DNA from: Candidatus Saccharimonadia bacterium | GTDB taxonomy: Bacteria > Patescibacteriota > Saccharimonadia > UBA4664 | DNA: 64,000 nucleotides | Assembly: GCA_036488585.1 (NCBI GenBank) | Contig: DASXHH010000019.1 | Coordinates: 5,030 to 69,029, forward strand | Reading direction: 5' to 3' | Part shown: piece after piece, positions 9,130 to 18,781 of the stretch | Layout: each line of letters starts with the position of its first letter | How positions within the stretch are numbered: the first letter of the stretch is position 1 | Program-made: the position numbers and the translations under genes | The notes under the pieces: generated by a model | Databases searched by the model: none | Told to the model about the DNA's origin: nothing | The model's input: only the letters and a program-made list of their open reading frames with translations

Positions 9130-10289
9130 ACCCACAAGTCATATCAGTCACCGAGTTTCTTAACATCATCAACGAGACGCTAAAGTTTGCCTATCCTCAA
9201 GTGGTAGTGGAGGGCGAGGTCTCTGGGTTTAACGTTAATCGTGGCAAATTCGTCTTCTTCGACCTTAAAGACCAAGAGAGCACTCTCAGCTGCTTCATGA
9301 TGGTGCATCAGCTTAAACTGCCAATCGAAGACGGCATGAAGGTGCGCGTCACCGGCTATCCTAAGATCTTTAACCGCTCAAGCAAATTCAGTATGACCGT
9401 CCAGAGCGTGGAGATAGCAGGGGAGGGCCAGCTGCGACGAGCCTTACAACTGCTCAAGAAGAAACTGGAAGGGGAGGGCCTGTTCGACCCAGCCCGCAAG
9501 CGACCGCTACCAAAATTCCCCGCCCGTATTGGCCTCATTACTTCCGGCGCTTCGGCCGCCTACGCCGACTTCATAAAGATTTTAAACGCTCGGTGGAGCG
9601 GCGTGGAGGTGATACTAGCCGACGTTGCCGTGCAGGGTAACCTGGCACCCGACCAGATCGTAGGCGCGCTCCAGTACTTTAACGAGCTTCGTGAACCCCC
9701 AGACACACTGGTGCTAATCCGCGGCGGCGGCTCGCTCGAGGACTTGATAGCGTTCTCTACCGAACCCGTCGCGCGCGCGGTCGCCGCCAGCCGCACGCCG
9801 ATCATCGTGGGAGTGGGCCACGAGGTGGACTTCTCGCTGGCCGACTTTGCCGCCGACGTCCGTGCCGCCACCCCCACCGATGCCGCACGCCTAGTGGTTC
9901 CGGATCGGCGCGAAATCGCTGCCCACATCGAGCACCTGGTAAGTCGCAGCGAATCACTACTCCATGCCGCCACCGCCGACCGCCGCAGCCGCATCGACCG
10001 CTCGCTGGCCCGTTTTGAGGCCTACCTACGCCTGCCACTCGAGCGCGTACAACAGCTGGAGCGCAGCCTCGAAGCCTTCGAGCGCGTCGTCCTCACCGAC
10101 CGTCGCCATCGCTTCGTCACGCTGGCCCGGGTCCTAAACAGTTTCAACCCGCAAGCCGTACTCAATCGCGGCTACGCCATCGTGCGCCATGACGGCGGCA
10201 TTTTGCGCGACCCCAAAGCCACGCAGGCCGGCCAGTCCATCGACGTCCAACTCGCCCGGGGATCACTCCGCGCCAACGTTAGCGAATAG
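9126..10289 (+). CDS. xseA: Exodeoxyribonuclease VII large subunit
   Basis: VEGEVSG, RGGGSLEDL, GVGHEVD, TPTDAA, LNRGYAIV. Confidence 0.96.
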   Translation: MNPQVISVTEFLNIINETLKFAYPQVVVEGEVSGFNVNRGKFVFFDLKDQESTLSCFMMVHQLKLPIEDGMKVRVTGYPKIFNRSSKFSMTVQSVEIAGEGQLRRALQLLKKKLEGEGLFDPARKRPLPKFPARIGLITSGASAAYADFIKILNARWSGVEVILADVAVQGNLAPDQIVGALQYFNELREPPDTLVLIRGGGSLEDLIAFSTEPVARAVAASRTPIIVGVGHEVDFSLADFAADVRAATPTDAARLVVPDRREIAAHIEHLVSRSESLLHAATADRRSRIDRSLARFEAYLRLPLERVQQLERSLEAFERVVLTDRRHRFVTLARVLNSFNPQAVLNRGYAIVRHDGGILRDPKATQAGQSIDVQLARGSLRANVSE

Positions 10290-10339
10290 GCTCTAACATT
10301 CTTCACATGCTACAATTACACCAGTAATCAGATAGGCCC

Positions 10340-10618
10340 GTGTCCACGAAACCATTCGAATTCGAGCAAGCCCTCAAGGAACTGGAAGACATAACCCGCT
10401 GGTTTGAATCAAGCGACGCCGACCTCGACCAGGGTCTGGTGAAATTCGAGCGCGGCATGGAGCTAGCGAGCCAGCTCAAGAACCACCTCACCTCGGTCGA
10501 GAACCGGGTAGAGAAGATTAAGCAGCGCTTCTCAGCCCCACCCCCAGCAGCAGCCCCAGCGTCCACCGCTACCGAGCCCAGCCCGGACACCGACGATCAA
10601 ACCGACCTGTTCGGGTAA
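10340..10618 (+). CDS. xseB: Exodeoxyribonuclease VII small subunit
   Basis: FEQALKELE...FERGMEL; follows xseA. Confidence 0.93.
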   Translation: MSTKPFEFEQALKELEDITRWFESSDADLDQGLVKFERGMELASQLKNHLTSVENRVEKIKQRFSAPPPAAAPASTATEPSPDTDDQTDLFG

Positions 10619-10622
10619 GATC

Positions 10623-11138
10623 GTGCTCATACTGCTAGTCTTAATCATCATCGCGGCCACCTTTAGCATCGCCAGCTTCGTGGGGGCCCCATATGTACCC
10701 ATCCTGCGCCGCGATAGCGAAGCGCTACTCAGTTTGGCCGATCTCAAGCCCGGCCAAACCCTCATTGACCTCGGTTCAGGCGACGGCCGCCTGCTGCGCG
10801 CTGCTGCCGCCCGCGGCATCCGCGGCATCGGCTACGAGATCAACCCTATCATGATCGCCATCTCGCGCCTGGTGTGCTGGCGTTACCGTCACCTCATCAC
10901 AATTCACTTGGCCGACTTCTGGCAAACCAAGCTGCCGCCCGCCGACGTCGTTTATGTTTTTCTCTTGCCCAAATACATGCTCAAACTCGATCAACACCTG
11001 GCCAACCAAATCCACCAACCCACCCGTCTAATCTCTTATGCCTTCGAAATTCCGGACAAACCCAGCCTCATCCGTACCCGCAATACCTTCGTCTACGAGT
11101 ACGGCACCCAGATAGCAGCCCCCAGCTTGAACAACTAG
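10623..11138 (+). CDS. Membrane-anchored class I SAM-dependent methyltransferase (FAM173-like)
   Basis: N-terminal TM, GAPYVP, IDLGSGDGR, GYEINP. Confidence 0.85.
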   Translation: MLILLVLIIIAATFSIASFVGAPYVPILRRDSEALLSLADLKPGQTLIDLGSGDGRLLRAAAARGIRGIGYEINPIMIAISRLVCWRYRHLITIHLADFWQTKLPPADVVYVFLLPKYMLKLDQHLANQIHQPTRLISYAFEIPDKPSLIRTRNTFVYEYGTQIAAPSLNN

Positions 11139-11164
11139 CCGTAAAGTTATAGCATAAGCATAAT

Positions 11165-11974
11165 ATGGATAATCAATCCGTCACCCCTGAGGGCCTACAG
11201 CCCACCGCCCCAACCGCCGGAACCGCCCCCGGGCCTCTGCCAGTCTCGTCGCACGTTGCAGCTCCCACGCCCTCGATGGGTCCGCTAACCAAGCTGCCTG
11301 GCTTCAACTCGGGCGGCGGCGCTGGTTTTGGCACGTCCGGAGGCGGCGGTAGCCCGCTCATGATCGTATTGATTGTCCTGCTCGGCCTCGGCGCCGTCGT
11401 CTTCGCCGGCATGACGCTCGTGGAATTCAACGCTGCCAGCACCGCCTCTAAAAACCTCCAGGCCAAAGAAGCCGCCGCCGCTGACGTCGCCAAAGCCACC
11501 CAAAAGAAGGCCGACGACGAAGCCTACAGTATTGCCGGCGAATCACCGTTCCGTGATTACGTGGCACCGGTCGAAGACGGCTCCTTCCAGATCGCGTTCC
11601 CCAAAGACTGGAGTAGCTACGTCGACCAGGAAACCAGTGGCACCCAAGTGAGCCTAGCCCTTAACCCCGACTTTATCCGTCGCACCAACGCCACCGACGA
11701 GCTCATGGCAGCCCGTGTCCAGCTTATCGAACGCGGTTCCGACCAGTACATGAACGCATTTACCAGTTATGTTAAGCAGGGTACCCTTAAACAATCCGAT
11801 ATTACCATCTCGGGTCTTCATGGTTACGACCTCACCGGCCAATTCTCCGACAAAAAAACCACTCGCGAAATAGTCATCCCAGTCCGGGACAAAGTCTTAG
11901 TTTTCATCAATGAAAACAGCAAATACGCCAACGAGTTCAACCAGATCTTGGCCCAGTCAAAAATCATTCCTTAG
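11165..11974 (+). CDS. Single-pass membrane protein with PsbP-like extracytoplasmic domain
   Basis: P/G-rich N-terminus, one TM, short coiled coil, FQIAFPKDWS motif. Confidence 0.65.
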   Translation: MDNQSVTPEGLQPTAPTAGTAPGPLPVSSHVAAPTPSMGPLTKLPGFNSGGGAGFGTSGGGGSPLMIVLIVLLGLGAVVFAGMTLVEFNAASTASKNLQAKEAAAADVAKATQKKADDEAYSIAGESPFRDYVAPVEDGSFQIAFPKDWSSYVDQETSGTQVSLALNPDFIRRTNATDELMAARVQLIERGSDQYMNAFTSYVKQGTLKQSDITISGLHGYDLTGQFSDKKTTREIVIPVRDKVLVFINENSKYANEFNQILAQSKIIP

Positions 11975-12076
11975 TCAATAGCAAAAATTAATTAAAGTTG
12001 CGCTTAATCGACGGCATATCCATCCGTCTCATGCTTGAGCGGCCCATCTTAATGATGCTAACTTGATGGGAGAAAG

Positions 12077-15000
12077 GTGCTACGGATGGCACATAGCAAG
12101 CCTGAGGTAATAGACAAAAACCTTACGGTCGCACAACTCAACAGCCTCATGAGCGACCTTGAGCAGGCCGGGACGCCCGCACGCCTGTTAAAACTGCTAA
12201 CTTCTACCCTAACGTCATTCACCGACAGCCCGGTAACGGCGTTCTCGTACGATGTAGCTGGCTTGCCGAGTTATGTCGACGAGCACGCTCTACCGGCCGA
12301 GCTCCACGGGCAAGTCAAATACCCGGGACTATCGGCCAACACCCGCCAACCAACAGCCATGGCCGCCGATTGGCCCAAACACTCAGATGTCACCACAATT
12401 GCCCGCAAACTAGACCTACCAGAACCCAGGCTTTATTTACTGGAAGTAGACGGCGAACATATGGGCGGCCTCATATTCTGGAACCCACCTGTACTTCGCG
12501 GCGAGTCTGGAGCTATCCTCGAATTGCTCATGCGCTGCGGCTGTTCCACCCTGCGCTCCATTCAGCTAGCCGAGGCCGTCAAAACGAACCTAGCCGAAAC
12601 CATGGCTCTCCAGCGCATCACGCAGGCCATTACCCGCTCGCTCGACTTTGACAAAGTGTCGTCCACGCTGCTACGCCACGCCCGCAAGCTGTTCCACGCC
12701 GACGCTGCCGCCCTCGCCCTCGTTAGCCCCGACGGCAGCGAGTACTATGTGGACCAATCTGTTGGCATGAGCCCCGACTACGCCGCCAAGCTACGCATAA
12801 AGGCTAGCTCCAAGCTGGCTCAGCGCATCCTGCGCAATGGCACACCCGTACAGTTATACGACGTTTCCGACGCCCCGTTCTCGGGTGACAAAGAAGCCAC
12901 CGCCCGCGAGGGGATCAAGTCGGTACTACTAGCACCCATCTTTTCGGGCGGCCAGCCGGTGGGCGCATTGGGCCTGGTGTCCAAAACCCCCCGCCACTTT
13001 GTGTACTCCGAGCTCCGTTTTAGCCAGAGCCTAGCCGAGCAAGCCGGCATAGCCTTCGCCAACGCCACCCTCCATACCAACCTCCAAAAAGCCTCACTCG
13101 AAATCGAGCAGACCCGCAAGCTCATGCGCGATGGATTACTAGTGTTCGATCTCGACAAGCGCCTGCGCTACTACAACGCCGCCGCCGGCTCCCTCCTAAA
13201 GCTATCCGAGGACCGCCTCAACAAGGCTATGCCGCCTGACGAAATACTGGTCCGCGCCAAGCTCACCGCTGATGAACCAGGTAAATTTGAGCACAGCCTC
13301 AATGCCGCACTCGAGGGCCAAACTAGCCGCAGCGACTTTTCCTCCCCCGGCCATGAACACTCCCACTACGAAGCCGTCACCACGCCGTACCGCGACACCA
13401 AGAGCAAATTAGTCGGCATTTTGGTCAACATTCGCGACATCACGGCCCTTTATCACGAAAAAGAGAAGTTCCAGATCATTCAAAGTAACATCTCAGATGG
13501 ACTCATGATGGTCGAGGCCAATGGTCGGGTCATCGAGCACAACGATGAATGGAAGCGCCTCTTCAACATCGACGAGCAGCTGGCTGGCCAAAACTTTGTC
13601 GACATCCTCAACTTGTGTAAGGACTTCACCATAGACCGTCCACCAAGCAATATGCTCTCAGAGGTGCTGGGTGGCAAACGCATCACCTCATATGGCCAGT
13701 TCGAGACCCGCGGCCGGCACATCCAAATGGCCCTCAGTCCCGTCATGTCCGCCGGCCAGGTCACCGGCGTTGTAGTCACTGCCCGTGACATCACTCCGCT
13801 AATCGAAAAGACCGTCGAGGCCAACGAGATGGCGGCCAAGGCCCAACGCCACCTCCGCGAGCTATCCCAGTTGGCCGAACTATCCGGCATCGTGGGCTTT
13901 AATGTGTCTAACATTTTCCAAAAATACCTCGCTAAAACCGCTTCGCTCATCGATTGCACCTCGGTCAGTATCTACCTCTATGACCCCATCGAGCAGCAGC
14001 TAATCCGACGCCAAACCACCAGCCCCGGACCCGACGATCAGCCCACACTCGAGCTAGGTTCGGCCCACCCGGCCGCGCAAGCCCTCGCCACCCGCAACGC
14101 CGTGCGATCACGGCCTGACGATGCCATCACCTACCATCAGCTCGCCGTACCCATAACGCACCATTCCAAATCGCTCGGATCCCTGCTCGTAGGCCGGCAC
14201 GAACGGCCCTTCGGCGAACACGAAACCCGGCTAGCCCGCCTGGTAGCTACCCGTTTGGCCGTACTGGTCGAGAACGCCAACCTCTACCACGACGTCAACG
14301 CCCGCCGCGAGCGCTGGGAGGCCGTCTTCCGCTTCACCGACGAAGGCATTGTGATCTTCGATCGCTCCGGCTCCATCGTCGGCTTTAACCCGGCCTCCAC
14401 CGAGATCACGCAGTACCTAGCCGCCGAAGCCATCGGCAAGCCATTCAGTAAAATCATCCAGACTGTCGGCCCCGACGATGTCACCAACAGCCCTAATCCG
14501 CTCGAGCGAGTGCTGGGCGAGGGCGTCACCATCGCCAAGAGCGAGCAGCTCATCCTCAACCGCACCGGCAACCGCATCTGGACCGAAATCAGCTACTCGC
14601 CAATCTTCGACGATGCCGGCCGTATCACCTCTGGCATCGCCATCATCCGCAACACCACCAAAGACCGCGAAGTGGAAGAGATTAAGAGCGACTTCATTAG
14701 CATCGTGTCCCACGAGCTCCGCACGCCGCTCACTGCCATCAAGGGCTTCCTCTCCATGACGCTCAAAAACGATTTCGGCCAGTTATCCGAAAAACAGTTC
14801 CATTACCTTAGTCGCGTCTACCAATCCAACCAGCGCATGATCGACTTAGTGGAAGACCTCATGGACGCCACCTACATCGAATCCGGCAAGATCAACCTCA
14901 CCATCTCGCCTGTAGCCATGGAATCCGTAATCTCAGAAGTAGTATCCGAGCTAGCAGGCAAAGGCGCCGCCAACCAGATCATGATCAACGTCCGCCGCCG

Positions 15001-15382
15001 CCAGCGCCTACCGCTTGTCCTAGCGGACGAAACCCGCCTCCACCAGATTGTGCTCAATCTGGTGGATAATGCCATCAAGTATTCCATGCCTGGCACTACC
15101 GTGGAGGTCGATTTCAAAATCCAAGACGACGAACTCATCACGACCGTCTCCGACCACGGTGTCGGCATCTCCAAGAACCAGATCGACCGCCTCTTCACCA
15201 AATTCGGCCGCATCTTCAACCCGCTGTCAGTTCAGGCCGGCGGCACCGGCTTAGGCCTCTACATCGTCAAGAACCTTGTAGAGTCCCACGGGGGGCGTAT
15301 CTGGGTCACCAGTATTGAGGGTAGGGGAAGTAAGTTCCATTTTTCCCTCCCCATTGCCAAACAACTTCCACTTCTAAACTAA
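12077..15382 (+). CDS. Cytoplasmic multi-GAF/PAS sensor histidine kinase
   Basis: SHELRTPL H-box, NLVDNAIKY, DHGVG, GTGLGL; GAF and PAS repeats; no TM. Start may be ATG 12086. Confidence 0.93.
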   Translation: MLRMAHSKPEVIDKNLTVAQLNSLMSDLEQAGTPARLLKLLTSTLTSFTDSPVTAFSYDVAGLPSYVDEHALPAELHGQVKYPGLSANTRQPTAMAADWPKHSDVTTIARKLDLPEPRLYLLEVDGEHMGGLIFWNPPVLRGESGAILELLMRCGCSTLRSIQLAEAVKTNLAETMALQRITQAITRSLDFDKVSSTLLRHARKLFHADAAALALVSPDGSEYYVDQSVGMSPDYAAKLRIKASSKLAQRILRNGTPVQLYDVSDAPFSGDKEATAREGIKSVLLAPIFSGGQPVGALGLVSKTPRHFVYSELRFSQSLAEQAGIAFANATLHTNLQKASLEIEQTRKLMRDGLLVFDLDKRLRYYNAAAGSLLKLSEDRLNKAMPPDEILVRAKLTADEPGKFEHSLNAALEGQTSRSDFSSPGHEHSHYEAVTTPYRDTKSKLVGILVNIRDITALYHEKEKFQIIQSNISDGLMMVEANGRVIEHNDEWKRLFNIDEQLAGQNFVDILNLCKDFTIDRPPSNMLSEVLGGKRITSYGQFETRGRHIQMALSPVMSAGQVTGVVVTARDITPLIEKTVEANEMAAKAQRHLRELSQLAELSGIVGFNVSNIFQKYLAKTASLIDCTSVSIYLYDPIEQQLIRRQTTSPGPDDQPTLELGSAHPAAQALATRNAVRSRPDDAITYHQLAVPITHHSKSLGSLLVGRHERPFGEHETRLARLVATRLAVLVENANLYHDVNARRERWEAVFRFTDEGIVIFDRSGSIVGFNPASTEITQYLAAEAIGKPFSKIIQTVGPDDVTNSPNPLERVLGEGVTIAKSEQLILNRTGNRIWTEISYSPIFDDAGRITSGIAIIRNTTKDREVEEIKSDFISIVSHELRTPLTAIKGFLSMTLKNDFGQLSEKQFHYLSRVYQSNQRMIDLVEDLMDATYIESGKINLTISPVAMESVISEVVSELAGKGAANQIMINVRRRQRLPLVLADETRLHQIVLNLVDNAIKYSMPGTTVEVDFKIQDDELITTVSDHGVGISKNQIDRLFTKFGRIFNPLSVQAGGTGLGLYIVKNLVESHGGRIWVTSIEGRGSKFHFSLPIAKQLPLLN

Positions 15383-15445
15383 TTCTTAACTAATAAAGTT
15401 TGCCCGAAAAATATCATTTGTTAAACTAGCCTAAAGGAGTCGCAC

Positions 15446-15850
15446 ATGGCAAAGATTTTACTGGTAGAAGATGACGCGATCCTGGTAGAAATGTACCAGG
15501 CCAAATTTGAACTGGAAGGCCACGAAGTCAGAGTTGCTACCAACGGTGAGGAATGTCTAAACATCCTTAAGGAATTCCACCCCGAACTCATCTTGCTCGA
15601 TATCCTCATGCCCAAACTCAACGGCTTCCATGTGCTCAAAGAGATCAAGAAGCAGCCCGACATGCGCCAGATCCCGGTAATTTTGCTTACCAACCTGGGC
15701 CAGGCAGAAGTCGATATGAACCAGGAACTGGCCAAGGCCCTCGGCGTCAACGACTACCTCATCAAGAGTCACCACACGCCGGACGAAGTGGTCCAAAAGG
15801 CGGTCAAGGTGCTTAAATCCACCGGCTCAGCCTCCAGCAAAGCCGATTAG
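15446..15850 (+). CDS. Single-domain response regulator, probably cognate to the upstream kinase
   Basis: ILLVEDD, LLDILMP, LLTN, YLIK; AAGGAG SD. Confidence 0.92.
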   Translation: MAKILLVEDDAILVEMYQAKFELEGHEVRVATNGEECLNILKEFHPELILLDILMPKLNGFHVLKEIKKQPDMRQIPVILLTNLGQAEVDMNQELAKALGVNDYLIKSHHTPDEVVQKAVKVLKSTGSASSKAD

Positions 15851-15851
15851 C

Positions 15852-16307
15852 ATGCTCGACCTAGCGCAAGTGTTACTGCGCGAAACCCGCCACGTAGCTA
15901 TCGCCACCGTCAACACCGACGGTTCGCCGCATTGCTCGCCAGTATTCATGGTGTTCGACGAGCGCCTCCGTGGTATTTGGTCGTCAGACCCACGTTCACT
16001 TCATTCCCACAACATTGACCGCACCGGCCAAGCCTTTTTGGTACTGTTCAACCCCGAGCACGGCGGCGGTCTGTACATCAAAGCACGCGCCAAGCCGGTA
16101 GGGGAGCCCGACCTGGAACAAGCTTATGCTACCTACAAATCGTCCGGCCACCCGGTTGCAGACCTCTCGTCCTACTCCAGCGGCGCACCGCAGCAGCTCT
16201 ACCACGCCACTCCCGAGCAAATCTGGGTTAACCAATCCCAAAAAGACCCCCGCGGCGTTATTATCCACGACCATCGGATCGAGATCCCGCTCGACCAACT
16301 ACTATAA
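15852..16307 (+). CDS. Pyridoxamine 5'-phosphate oxidase-like split-barrel protein
   Basis: IATVNTDGSPHCSPV...SLHSHNI pattern. Confidence 0.8.
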   Translation: MLDLAQVLLRETRHVAIATVNTDGSPHCSPVFMVFDERLRGIWSSDPRSLHSHNIDRTGQAFLVLFNPEHGGGLYIKARAKPVGEPDLEQAYATYKSSGHPVADLSSYSSGAPQQLYHATPEQIWVNQSQKDPRGVIIHDHRIEIPLDQLL

Positions 16308-16314
16308 TCAAACC

Positions 16315-17040
16315 ATGCCCACCTACCAAACCACCGGTATCGTCATCGGCCGCACCAACTTCGGGGAGGCCGACCGGATCGTGCGCTTCCTAACCCCCGA
16401 GCACGGCAAGGTCAGCGCGGTTGCCAAAGGCGTGCGCAAAATCAAAAGTCGCGCAGCCGGACACCTTGAACTATTCGGCGAGGTTAGCCTCATGCTCGCC
16501 ACCGGCCGCAACCTTGACGTCGTCACCTCGGCTCGGCTCATTTGGTATCCGCACCGCCTCAGTACCGCTCACATCGACCTGGGGCTAGCCTTTGTGATGG
16601 CCACCGCCGCCGATCGCCTCACCGAGCCAGGGCAGGGGAGCTACAAACTCTACGAAACCCTGCGCGAGGCCGTGCACGCCCTCGAGAACTCCGGTGCCAG
16701 CCCAACCCTCGAGCTGTGGTTCAAATTGCGATTACTCGACAACCTAGGCTACCGGCCGGAGCTCACCGCCTGCACTCTGTGCGGCCGCCACGATGCCTCC
16801 ACCGATTACTACTTCGATCCCGCCCGCGGCGGCATCACCTGCGCCGCTGATGCATCAGCCACCGCCCGCCCCATCAGTCAAGCCGCCATCAAGCTTTGGC
16901 GACTACTGTCCGATTACCCCTACGCCACCGTCTCCAGTATCGCTGACGCGCCCACCCTGGCCACCCAAACCCTCGAGTTCTGCGACCAATTCTACGAGCA
17001 CCATCTAGGACGCGCCTTCCGACCCTATCTGGTACAATAG
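16315..17040 (+). CDS. recO: DNA repair protein RecO
   Basis: GIVIGRTNFGEADRIV, AKGVRK, LGYRPELTACTLC. ATG 16315 chosen as start. Confidence 0.94.
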   Translation: MPTYQTTGIVIGRTNFGEADRIVRFLTPEHGKVSAVAKGVRKIKSRAAGHLELFGEVSLMLATGRNLDVVTSARLIWYPHRLSTAHIDLGLAFVMATAADRLTEPGQGSYKLYETLREAVHALENSGASPTLELWFKLRLLDNLGYRPELTACTLCGRHDASTDYYFDPARGGITCAADASATARPISQAAIKLWRLLSDYPYATVSSIADAPTLATQTLEFCDQFYEHHLGRAFRPYLVQ

Positions 17041-17063
17041 CTGGCGTAATCAACAAGGTCCCC

Positions 17064-17369
17064 ATGCCCGAATCCACGTCCGAACTCGCCTGGCAGCTCG
17101 CCGACTACCAAGCCGCCGGAATGGAGCCGCCCCGTCGTCTCGCGGCCAACCCCGACCTAACTGAAGGCGAGGTCATGACTGACGAAGAAGTCGAAGCTTA
17201 CATTACCGACTCCATCGCCACCCTACGCATCCTGGCCGACCGCCAATCCGACCGTTATGACGCCATCTACGAGTGCTATTGCTCGGACCTCAAATACTTG
17301 ACAAGTCTTGGAAGAATGAGTGAAGACGACTATAATGAGCTCACTTCACTAGACAACTTACGGTTTTAA
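17064..17369 (+). CDS. Small acidic hypothetical protein
   Basis: Fills the recO-glyQS gap, host-like codon usage, AAGGT SD. Confidence 0.7.
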   Translation: MPESTSELAWQLADYQAAGMEPPRRLAANPDLTEGEVMTDEEVEAYITDSIATLRILADRQSDRYDAIYECYCSDLKYLTSLGRMSEDDYNELTSLDNLRF

Positions 17370-17378
17370 AAGCAAATT

Positions 17379-18779
17379 ATGACCAAAACCAATCCCACCA
17401 CTCTCGATACTCTCGTTGCGCTCGCCAAACGGCGCGGTTTTATTTTCCAGGGTTCCGATATCTACGGCGGCATGGCCGGCATGTACGATTACGGCCCGTA
17501 CGGTGTCGAGCTCCTAAACAACCTCAAAAAAGCTTGGTGGAAAGAGCACATCTACGATCGCGACGATTTTTTTGGACTCGATTCCGCAATTTTCAAAGTG
17601 CCGAAGGTCTGGGAGGCCTCCGGCCACACCGCCGGCTTCGCCGATCCTCTAGCGGAATGCAAAACCTGTAATACTCGTATCCGTGTCGACAAAGAGCTAG
17701 AACAAATTGGTATCAAGGCCGACGAAAAAATGTCGGAAGCCGAGCTGCAAAAACTTTTCGACGCCAATCGCGACAAGCTAAAGTGTCCAAAATGCGGTTC
17801 GAAAAATTTCGGTCCCGTACGCATGTTCAACTTATTGGTAAAAACAAACATGGGCGACTTTACGGGCGATATTAATGCCGTACCGATTTACTTACCGGGC
17901 GAAGCATCCCAGGGCATCTACTTAAACTTTAAGAATGTGGTCGATACGACTCCGGCCAAAGTTCCGTTTGGTATCGCCCAAATTGGCAAGGCCTTCCGCA
18001 ACGAAATATCACCGCGCAACTTTATTTTCCGTACCCGCGAGCTAGAGCAAGCTGACACGCAATATTTTGTTCGACCCAACGAGAATAAAGAGCGCTACGA
18101 GCAGATTAAAAAAGATCGCTTGGAATGGTATGTGCGCATGGGTATCAAGCGGGAAAACCTACGCTTAAAACAGCACGACAATCTAGTCTTTTACGCCGCT
18201 GACGCTTGGGACATCGAATACAATTTCCCAAGCCTTGGCTTTGATGAGCTCGAAGGTATCCACGACCGCACCGATTATGACTTAACTCAACATTCAAAAT
18301 TCTCGGGCACCGATTTGTCCTACAGCGATCCAGCAACGGGGGAGAAGTATATCCCTTGGATCCTGGAAACATCTGTCGGAATGGGCCGCATGTTCTTGGC
18401 GTTTTTGAGCGATGCCTACCACGAAGAAGATGTTAATGGCGAAACCCGAACCGTTTTGAAGCTAAATCCCGAGCTCGCTCCGGTAAAAGTCATGGTCAGC
18501 CCACTGCTAAAAAACAAACCCGAGCTGGTTGCCAAAGCCCGCACCGTCTTTAAGGACGTGAAGGGCGAATTTGGCGCCGTGGCCTGGGACGACAATGGCA
18601 ACATCGGCAAACGCTACCGCCGTCAGGACGAAATCGGCACGCCACTGTGTGTCACCGTCGACTTCGACACCCTCGAAGACCAAGCGGTCACCGTCCGTCA
18701 TCGCGACACGATGAAGCAAACTCGCATTAAAATCGCCGAGCTGAGCGAGGAGCTGCGACGGCAGCTGGCCGCCTTCTAG
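17379..18779 (+). CDS. glyQS: Glycine--tRNA ligase, alpha2 type
   Basis: KRRGFIF, YDYGPYG, GKAFRNEISPRNFIFRTRE, IGKRYRRQDEIGTP anticodon-binding domain. Confidence 0.93.
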   Translation: MTKTNPTTLDTLVALAKRRGFIFQGSDIYGGMAGMYDYGPYGVELLNNLKKAWWKEHIYDRDDFFGLDSAIFKVPKVWEASGHTAGFADPLAECKTCNTRIRVDKELEQIGIKADEKMSEAELQKLFDANRDKLKCPKCGSKNFGPVRMFNLLVKTNMGDFTGDINAVPIYLPGEASQGIYLNFKNVVDTTPAKVPFGIAQIGKAFRNEISPRNFIFRTRELEQADTQYFVRPNENKERYEQIKKDRLEWYVRMGIKRENLRLKQHDNLVFYAADAWDIEYNFPSLGFDELEGIHDRTDYDLTQHSKFSGTDLSYSDPATGEKYIPWILETSVGMGRMFLAFLSDAYHEEDVNGETRTVLKLNPELAPVKVMVSPLLKNKPELVAKARTVFKDVKGEFGAVAWDDNGNIGKRYRRQDEIGTPLCVTVDFDTLEDQAVTVRHRDTMKQTRIKIAELSEELRRQLAAF

Positions 18780-18781
18780 CC

